From NCBI GenBank assembly GCA_012295275.1, contig CM022672.1, positions 28,954,001-29,018,000 of the forward strand: 64,000 nucleotides of DNA, written 5' to 3'. Position numbers and translations under genes: made by a program. The DNA comes from Chrysomallon squamiferum (taxonomy: Eukaryota > Animalia > Mollusca). Below, in pieces: positions 56,253 through 64,000 of this stretch; position 1 is the first letter of the stretch, and each line of letters opens with the position of its first letter. The notes under the pieces were generated by a model, which worked only from the letters and a program-made list of their open reading frames with translations, made no database searches and was not told where the DNA came from.

Positions 56253-56621
56253 ACATATATCAAACCTGGACAAAGATCAAGCACTTTGAAAGGAACAGAG
56301 AGCTTTACTAGAGCTGCTATGACACAAATTCCTACCTATATCCTTACTTCAAAGAACACTGCTAGAAATTCTGGCAGACTGTTTAGATGTGACACATGTA
56401 ATTTTATAACAACTTATAATTATGTCCTTCAGCGACACCAGCGAGTTCACACAGGGGAATACTTTCACTGCCATCTTTGTTCAAACCGCTATGTGGATAA
56501 ATATGAGTTAAACATTCATATTAAGGGTCATGCTGGAGCTCTTGTTTGTCATGTGTGTGGCAAATGTTTCCAGTCAAGATGGGGTCTGAAATGTCATGTC
56601 AAAACACACAAAACATCCTGA
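56253..56621 (+). CDS. Alternative terminal cassette 7: three C2H2 zinc fingers
   Basis: Acceptor TTTTTTCTAG| in phase 0 (TYIKPGQRSSTLKG...). Fingers CDTC..HQRVH, CHLC..HIKGH, CHVC..HVKTH, then stop. Confidence 0.88.
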   Translation, partial: TYIKPGQRSSTLKGTESFTRAAMTQIPTYILTSKNTARNSGRLFRCDTCNFITTYNYVLQRHQRVHTGEYFHCHLCSNRYVDKYELNIHIKGHAGALVCHVCGKCFQSRWGLKCHVKTHKTS

Positions 56622-57436
56622 TTAACATTGCCAGATATCTAAATTTCATACCAGTGTCAAACTAGAATGGTCAAAAAAAAACAACAACATTTAAATAATA
56701 AAAGTTAAAAAAAGGAAAAGGAAAATAAAATGTCCACAATGACAAATGTTTTTTATTTTAATTTTTTTTGTTCTTTATCTGATGATGATAAATAATGCAT
56801 GGCCTGAGTACAGTATGTACAAACAAAGCCTCACATTTTATTAGATTGTCTTTGATGTCTCAAGTTTTGTTACTGCCGTTGTCAGACTGCATATTGCTTT
56901 CCTTTGGAAAGACATCAGAAGATGCAAACAGCAAAATCTTTCCATCTCGAAGAATCTGCTGGTGAATTAAAAATGTTCTTATTCTGAAGAGTTTCATCAA
57001 TAGCAGGACATAAAAAATAAACAAACTTTTTATAAAACAAATCTGTAGTTGTTAATGTAAATAATTAAAAAAAAACAAAAAAAAAAATCCAGACAAACAT
57101 CTAAGAAATTATTTTTGGTTTTATTATCTTTATTGGTGTTAAGAGCACTTCATATTAATTTTTTATACAGTGCTGTTGGTGCTAAACATGTTCATTTGCA
57201 AAGTTGAAAACTTATTCTGAAAAACTAGACTGATACATTAAAATAAAAACATCTGTTCCTTTTCAAAGCAAACTGTTATGAAGCATTTCATTAAATTTTG
57301 ACTAATGTGATGGTAGTTTTTATTTTGCGTCCAAGTTTGAAAACTAACATTACTTTGGTTCAAAGTGGTATTTTTATTTTTTTGTTAACTTTGTTTCAGA
57401 CAGGTTGATGTTCATGAAACATCTTTTATTTTGTAG

Positions 57437-57856
57437 AGTGCAACGGGCAATTTTGTATCAAAGGATAATCGAAATGAGTTGTCTCGAAACCAGGACAATG
57501 CTGTAGGACTGATGCAGTCCAGTGAGTTAAAAGGACACAGAATGCAGACTAATATGGATATTCAAACTGCATCTTTATTGAACAGGTCTAATCCTGGGAA
57601 GGGTGCCAAATTCAGATGCAAGTTCTGTCAGTTCCAAAGTGCTTATCGTTTTGCACTTGAAAGACACCAAAAGAAGCATACAGGCGATTTTTACTTCTGT
57701 CATTTGTGTACTTGTAAATTTTATGACAAATATCAACTTTCATACCATTTGAAAGGTCATGTTGGTGAACTCAGATGTCAGTTTTGTTCTGTTTCCTTTA
57801 CATCCAGATCTACACTTTATCACCATGAGAAAAAACACAAATCAGGCTGGTCTTAA
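57437..57856 (+). CDS. Alternative terminal cassette 8: three C2H2 zinc fingers
   Basis: Acceptor TTTTGTAG| in phase 0 (SATGNFVSKD...). Fingers CKFC..HQKKH, CHLC..HLKGH, CQFC..HEKKH, then stop. Confidence 0.88.
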   Translation, partial: SATGNFVSKDNRNELSRNQDNAVGLMQSSELKGHRMQTNMDIQTASLLNRSNPGKGAKFRCKFCQFQSAYRFALERHQKKHTGDFYFCHLCTCKFYDKYQLSYHLKGHVGELRCQFCSVSFTSRSTLYHHEKKHKSGWS

Positions 57857-58657
57857 TAAACCAACATGTAGTTTATTAATATACATTCATCAAATCATTT
57901 AACAGGATGTTAATGTAAATATTACAAATTAGCTGGCGTTGAATGTCAAATAAAGTATCTGAATAAGAAAACAGTTGTAACAATTTTTTCTTCTGGATAT
58001 GAATCTATTTTTCAGCCTTGATAGCTTAATATTTTTAACTAGCTGAGCAGCTTATTTTAAACTTCTGACTTTAACCATCATTTTTTTTTTTAATTTTACA
58101 ATAAAGAGATTTACATAACTTCTTAGTGTAATGAGGATGGTCTGTATTTATGTGAAATAAAAGTAACACTAAAAATGAGTGAGAAATATGAAATGCTGTA
58201 AACTCAAATAAAAAGCTGCCATAAACATTTTGTATGTGTCAGAACTGGAAAAAAAAAAAGGAAGACAAGTTAGAATACCTGATCTATTCCACACACTGAA
58301 GAGTTTTTCCTAACCTACTGATCATGTGTAATAAACACTTGTCAAAAATTCACATCCATAATGATCAGATAAAGATGATGGAGTTAAAATTTGTAAAAAT
58401 AAGTTCTTATTTTCATATGGAAATCACACGTTCTGATTAATTAATAAATAACAAAGTTAAATAAATAAATAAATACAAAAATAGAATTAAAATGACAAGA
58501 AAAAATCAGATATTTTTTTTACTTTGAATTAAAAATTTATTTTCTGTTGGTTTTTGCTTTTGTCTTTAAGCTGGTATTTGCTGAGGGGTTTTGTTGAAGA
58601 AAGTTTGACTTAATTATGCATTAAAACTTGCTAAAAGACACTTATTCTGTTTTCTAG

Positions 58658-59080
58658 ACACTGTCATCTGCAGTCAGTGAGAGGTCTTCTGTCATGCAGA
58701 GTTGGAATGTTGACCATTCATCACAAGCTGGTGTTTCTGCTTCTCTCACTGACACTTACACTGACTTGCTGTCGCAGCCTGGCTCACTTTATAATAGTGG
58801 CTCTGGGAAACATTCAGAACTAGTGAAAGCCAGGTTTAAGTGCAATCGGTGTAATTTCCAGACTGCATACCGTTATGTTGTGGAGAGACACCAAAGAAAA
58901 CACACTGGAGAATTTTTCAGATGCCATCTGTGCACCTGCAAGTTTTTTGACAAGTACCAGTTGTCATTTCACCTGAAGGGTCACCGGGGAGAACTTGAGT
59001 GTCGATACTGTGGTCAGATGTTTTCATCTACAGCTTGTCTCTACTACCATGAGAAAAAACACAAACTAGGCAAAATTTAG
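58658..59080 (+). CDS. Alternative terminal cassette 9: three C2H2 zinc fingers
   Basis: Acceptor GTTTTCTAG| in phase 0 (TLSSAVSERSSVMQ...). Fingers CNRC..HQRKH, CHLC..HLKGH, CRYC..HEKKH, then stop. Confidence 0.88.
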   Translation, partial: TLSSAVSERSSVMQSWNVDHSSQAGVSASLTDTYTDLLSQPGSLYNSGSGKHSELVKARFKCNRCNFQTAYRYVVERHQRKHTGEFFRCHLCTCKFFDKYQLSFHLKGHRGELECRYCGQMFSSTACLYYHEKKHKLGKI

Positions 59081-60488
59081 CTGATTCAAGATCTGTGCCA
59101 CATTCTTTAAACACATATATGAACATAGTAAGACACACTTGTTTAATTCTGAGAGAGAAGAACTTTAAAAAAAGATTATGATGAACATGGTCATATAAAT
59201 TTGTTTAAGATGAGCAGGTCAAAAAAAGAAAAGAAAAAAAATGTCCATTTATGGAAAAAGGCTTGTGTGAAAACTGAATGTTGTGAGATTTATTTATATG
59301 AATTCTGTTTAAAATATTGTTGTCTATTTAAAAAAAGAAAGACAAAAAAGTGATAGGATGAATTAAAATTAACTGTACTAATCAGAGTTTCAATAGATAA
59401 ACATGTCAGGGAACAAAGTTAAAGACAGAGTTGATGTTAGATTATCATTATTAGATTGTTTTTCTTTAGATACAAAAAGAGCATTCCACATTGGACATAC
59501 ATTTATAGCTGTACATATTTTTTGACTGGTATTTTCATTGTGTGCATGTGCTTTTCTGTTTCATTATTATTATTATTGTTATTGATGTTTCTGTTAGTTT
59601 TAAAATTTAAAATGCAAAGTAAGAAAAACAGAAAACAAAAAAAAGCTGTTGGTATAAATTGAAATATAAAATTAATTATGAAACAAAATTAGTTAATTAA
59701 TAAAATGGAAAAAAAAAAAAATTGGTTTTGAGTTTTTGTTCTGTTAACATGACAGTAAAGTTTTTTGTATGGCTACCAGTGAACACAACCAAGTACTTTG
59801 CATTGAACCTGTGTGACATCTTATTACAAAACACTGTTAACCTACATAAGTGTGCTAAAATATAATTAAAAAATACACAACAAACAATGGCATACCATAT
59901 AGAACATAATAAAATGATTTTCACAGAAATTGTTGGACTGTATTTTTACATTAGGTTTGATTTTTATTCTCAAATTAAACATTCTCTGAATTGCAGCTTA
60001 TGGTTTTGTTTGTTTGGAATTACTTTGTTTCACTTGCGTTTCTAGTTATGTTGTTTTAAAGCACAGAAATTGGCTCTAGTTAAAATGTCTGAAGATACAA
60101 ATATCAGATAGTTTGTTTCTGAATGTTAGTTGACATCCTCTTGTCAAATGTTGAAAACCTTTTATTAACTGACATTATATCATACACTAAAAGCATCAAT
60201 ATAAAAATACTGGATCATATGATTCTCTTTTTATTTTATTATTAAACATAAAACGTGAATAGAAAATGGTTGATCTAAAACTGAATGAGCTACAAGAGAA
60301 ATGTGCATCAAATTAAAAATAATTACTAATATAAATTAAATAAACATGATGATGATAAATGAATGATAAATCATCATGATCTTGAATACTGCAATTTTAA
60401 AAATCAAAATATATTTTCGAAGGAAATATGTTTATTATTTTGGAAAAACATTTTCAAAGGGTTTATTGGGTGATGTTTTATTTTATAG

Positions 60489-60857
60489 ACCCATGAAACT
60501 GGATGTTACGGCTTCCTCTGTGTATCTAACAAGAATACCACTGACATCTACAAGGGTGGATCTGATTATCACAAGGAAACTGTTTTTCCCAATCCAAAAC
60601 AAAAACACCTGTACCACTGTGACGAGTGCACATTTTGGACTCTCTACCAACACGTTTTAAAAAGGCACAAAAGAATTCACACACGAGAATTTTTCCAGTG
60701 TCACCTTTGTTCATGTCATTTCTCAGACAGGTATCAGTTGAAACATCATCTGTATGGTCATGCTGGCAAACTGAGGTGTAGAGTATGTGACAAGAACTTC
60801 AGTGACCTCAGTGCACTGAAACAACATGAAAAGAAGCTGCATTGGAACACAAGATGA
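60489..60857 (+). CDS. Alternative terminal cassette 10: three C2H2 zinc fingers; absent from the ORF track and without any in-frame ATG
   Basis: Acceptor TTTTATAG| in phase 0: THETGCYGFL...KHLYHCDECTFWTLYQHVLKRHKRIHTREFFQCHLCSCHFSDRYQLKHHLYGHAGKLRCRVCDKNFSDLSALKQHEKKLHWNTR*. Confidence 0.87.
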   Translation, partial: THETGCYGFLCVSNKNTTDIYKGGSDYHKETVFPNPKQKHLYHCDECTFWTLYQHVLKRHKRIHTREFFQCHLCSCHFSDRYQLKHHLYGHAGKLRCRVCDKNFSDLSALKQHEKKLHWNTR

Positions 60858-61962
60858 CCACTGTTAAATTACTGTAAGGAATCTTACAAGTGTGTGTGTC
60901 ATAATATACTGAAACCGAATCTTTATGCATCACTTTTAGTATATGAAAGAATAAGTGTATCAACTAACTGTCTGTAGTATTACACACACATGTACTAAAA
61001 TACTGTTAAACTTCCAAGGTGACTGTTAGTTTGTACATTAGATTTTTGTAAACAGAAGTTTAAAACTGTCATCATCATTACAACTGTTGGAATGATTTTA
61101 TTAACTCACTGGATATTGGTTGTTACATTGACACCAATTAGTAATGTTTCTGTGATTCAATATTTTTACATAAAGTCTGAAATAAATTTTGGGTGGTTTT
61201 TATATGATTACTGTTGTGAATAGACAAAAGCTATTAATTATATGTTTGTATTATGATTTTGGCAGCTTGTAAGGTGGTGTGTTATTTACTTAGCAAAACT
61301 CCAGAAAACAAAGCATTCCTGTTATTTTGTTGTAGTGATATTTTTGACAGAACTGAATACTACCTTGATTAAAGATGGATTTCCCATATACAAACCCCAA
61401 ATAATTTGTGTGTGTTTGTGTTTTGTATTTTGTATTTTGTATTTTTTTTTAATACTTATTCATCTTGAACCAACACTTAATTTAAACTGTTCAAATGTTA
61501 GTTGAATAGGTGAAATGTAGTTTACAAACATTACATCACCATCTTGTTTATTAATTAGTAGCTTTTTATTTAACATGTTTGTTTTGTTTTACCTAACAGG
61601 AGCTACTTGTTCTCCTGTGTGTGTGTTATCATATCTTAGACAACAAACACAGTGACAGATTAACAAATTATTTTCTCTGTGTTCTATACAGAGTTTTGTC
61701 CCAGAGTTCATGAGTAAAATATAAACTTAGTCTTCTATTAAAATATTTATTTTATTTCTAAAGTGCTCTTTATGTACTGGGAAGAACTGTTAAGCTTTTA
61801 TTTTTATTTTTTTTAAACTAGTCACTGACAACAATATCATTCCATATTAAAATACATCATATTTGTGTCTGGTTTTATTTATTTCCTGAATATAATTAGT
61901 TACAAATGCTTTTTAATAAAAGTTTTGAAATAATTAAACATTTTTATTTGTGTGTTTTGTAG

Positions 61963-62334
61963 AAAATCCCTACTGACTCAGGAAACTCTAAACTAGATAA
62001 TCAGTGTTCCAAACCAAATTTATCCATTTCTGTCCACCATCCTTTTATAGATGAGCAGAGTGACATGTCACACCAGGACAGACAGAGGATTTTCAAATGC
62101 AAAAAGTGTGGCTACCTCACACACTATAAGAGTTCTCTTAACAGACACCAAAGACTTCACACAGGAGAGTTTTTCTGGTGTCATATCTGTTCTTGCCATT
62201 TCAATGACCATTGTCAGCTAAGATATCATTTAAGTGGACATGCAGGTGATCTCAAGTGTTCTGTCTGTGCTAAGCATTTCACCAGCTTTGCTGGATTAAA
62301 GCAGCACGAAAAAGGACATTTAAAGCAACTTTAG
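61963..62334 (+). CDS. Alternative terminal cassette 11: three C2H2 zinc fingers
   Basis: Acceptor TGTGTTTTGTAG| in phase 0 (KIPTDSGNSK...). Fingers CKKC..HQRLH, CHIC..HLSGH, CSVC..HEKGH, then stop. Confidence 0.88.
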   Translation, partial: KIPTDSGNSKLDNQCSKPNLSISVHHPFIDEQSDMSHQDRQRIFKCKKCGYLTHYKSSLNRHQRLHTGEFFWCHICSCHFNDHCQLRYHLSGHAGDLKCSVCAKHFTSFAGLKQHEKGHLKQL

Positions 62335-63017
62335 AAAAAGAACATTTAAAGCACCTTTTGTTTTTTTTTTTTAAAAAGAAGAAGAAAGAAATGACATGGT
62401 TTTTAAATAATTTCATAATAATATTTTACAGAAATATTAAATTTTTGTTTGTTATTCAAAAACCATTTTAAGATAAAAAAAATAGTTTGAAAGAATCAGT
62501 GTTTGGTTTTAATTTTATCTAAACCAATACTGAATATAACAGAGATGCCATCAAATACAGTTTGGGCATAGACTGTGTGTTTACCCCTACATTACACCAT
62601 TATAAGATACTAATAAATAATTACACTGTTAGTCCAAATCCTCAGCCAAATACTTGTAATGCTATAGTGGATAAGAGCTTATAGTATTTCTGCATGTATT
62701 GAAATTGGCAAAGAAAATTTCTTCTGAAGTGGACTTTTACTCAGCTTGACCTAATGTTAGAATTCTGAATCTGCTGCAGCACAGAGCATTAAAAAATAGC
62801 TTGTTCAGTCAGCCATTTCAATGTTGCATCAGAAATTATGTTCATTTTAATGTTTATATTCACTAAATGTCTTGGTTGAATTCGCCTTTTTAAGCCAGTC
62901 TTTCAATTTGACCTAGATCATTTTTACAGTCAATAAATGACATTGCATTTTTGCTGTTTGAGTTGAACTGTGAAATTTTGACAAGATCTGCAGGTTGTTT
63001 AAGCAGTCTCTGTTGTG

Positions 63018-63054
<37 letters not shown>

Positions 63055-63738
63055 GGCATCTGTATAATGTCTGTATTATCATCACATTGACTGATTTATA
63101 GTATACTGATACACTTTGAAAAATTTTGATTGCAGTTATTAATTTTTGTGAGACTCAGCTGAATAATTTTACTTGAAAAAAGATTAACATATTCAATATT
63201 ATCTGAGATGACAGAATGCTGATATTTAAGAATTCATAATTTTATTCAATCCGATCTTGTCTGAAATCATTACATTGTTCCTTAGGTATATAATATAATA
63301 ATATTATTGTTCTTGGATGGTTTGTATTTGGATGCAGTATTTAGTTGCTGGTGCATTGATATCAAAGGAAAAAATTGTGATATAAATGAAAGTATTCCTT
63401 GCATTACACCATAAAACATCAATTAGAAGTTTTTTTCTCTCTTTTCATGTGATCAGTTTGTCCCAAAGTTTCTGCAGTTTTAAAATAATGTGATCATTTT
63501 ATCTTTTGGTAAATTATTGAATTTTCTTGCTTTATTCTTTTTTCTATCTTTGTGTGTGTGTGTGTGTTATGTATTTTACAAATGAAAAAAACAAATATAT
63601 AAATAAATAATTAATTAAAAATAAATAAAATAGAACAATAACTAAACAGCAGTTTCACATAATTATTTGTATAAAGAATGTTTTGCATTACTTTCCCCTC
63701 TAATAAAATGTTAACCCTTGTCTTTGTGTGTTTTGTAG

Positions 63739-64000
63739 ACATATCAAATCAAATACAGTGATTCACTTATGCAAAATTTGGCCAGATGTTCAGATGCTCG
63801 TGGATTTGTCTCTGAGGAACAGGATTTTGGAGTTGTTATTTCCCAGACAAAAGATGGGAAATTTTATAAATGCAGTAAATGTGACTATATGTCACGTTAC
63901 AGACACTGTATAAAGAGACATCAGCAGGTGCACACGGGAAATTTCTTCTTTTGTCACATCTGTGCATGTCACTTTAGTGACAAGAATCAGCTGCAGTATC
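63739..64000 (+). CDS. Alternative terminal cassette 12: C2H2 zinc fingers, truncated by the window edge
   Basis: Acceptor TGTGTTTTGTAG| in phase 0: TYQIKYSDSLMQNL...GKFYKCSKCDYMSRYRHCIKRHQQVHTGNFFFCHICACHFSDKNQLQY, open to the end of the window. Confidence 0.85.

Overview
AT-rich, microsatellite-rich, intron-containing animal genomic DNA; my guess is an invertebrate, possibly a mollusc or other lophotrochozoan, which the sequence alone does not prove. Positions 1-33 kb hold a two-exon NK3/bagpipe (Nkx3-2-like) homeobox gene (+), an unorthodox aquaporin-11/12-like gene (-), DNA-transposon relics (Tc1/mariner, MULE) and foldback repeats. The main feature is 34.3-64 kb. It reads as one transcription-factor locus with two shared 5' coding exons (323 aa: an N-terminal domain I cannot assign and that is not BTB, plus an acidic linker) ending in a phase-0 donor at 35574. 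These are followed by at least 12 same-strand terminal cassettes, each starting at a phase-0 AG acceptor and ending in its own stop (the 12th is cut by the window edge). Three are two-exon winged-helix-like cassettes, three are Pipsqueak-type HTH cassettes and six are C2H2 zinc-finger cassettes. This resembles a lola/mod(mdg4)-style system of swappable DNA-binding domains built on a different N-terminal module and mixing three unrelated DNA-binding folds. All exon structures are inferred by hand from GT/AG signals and reading frame; no transcript evidence was available.
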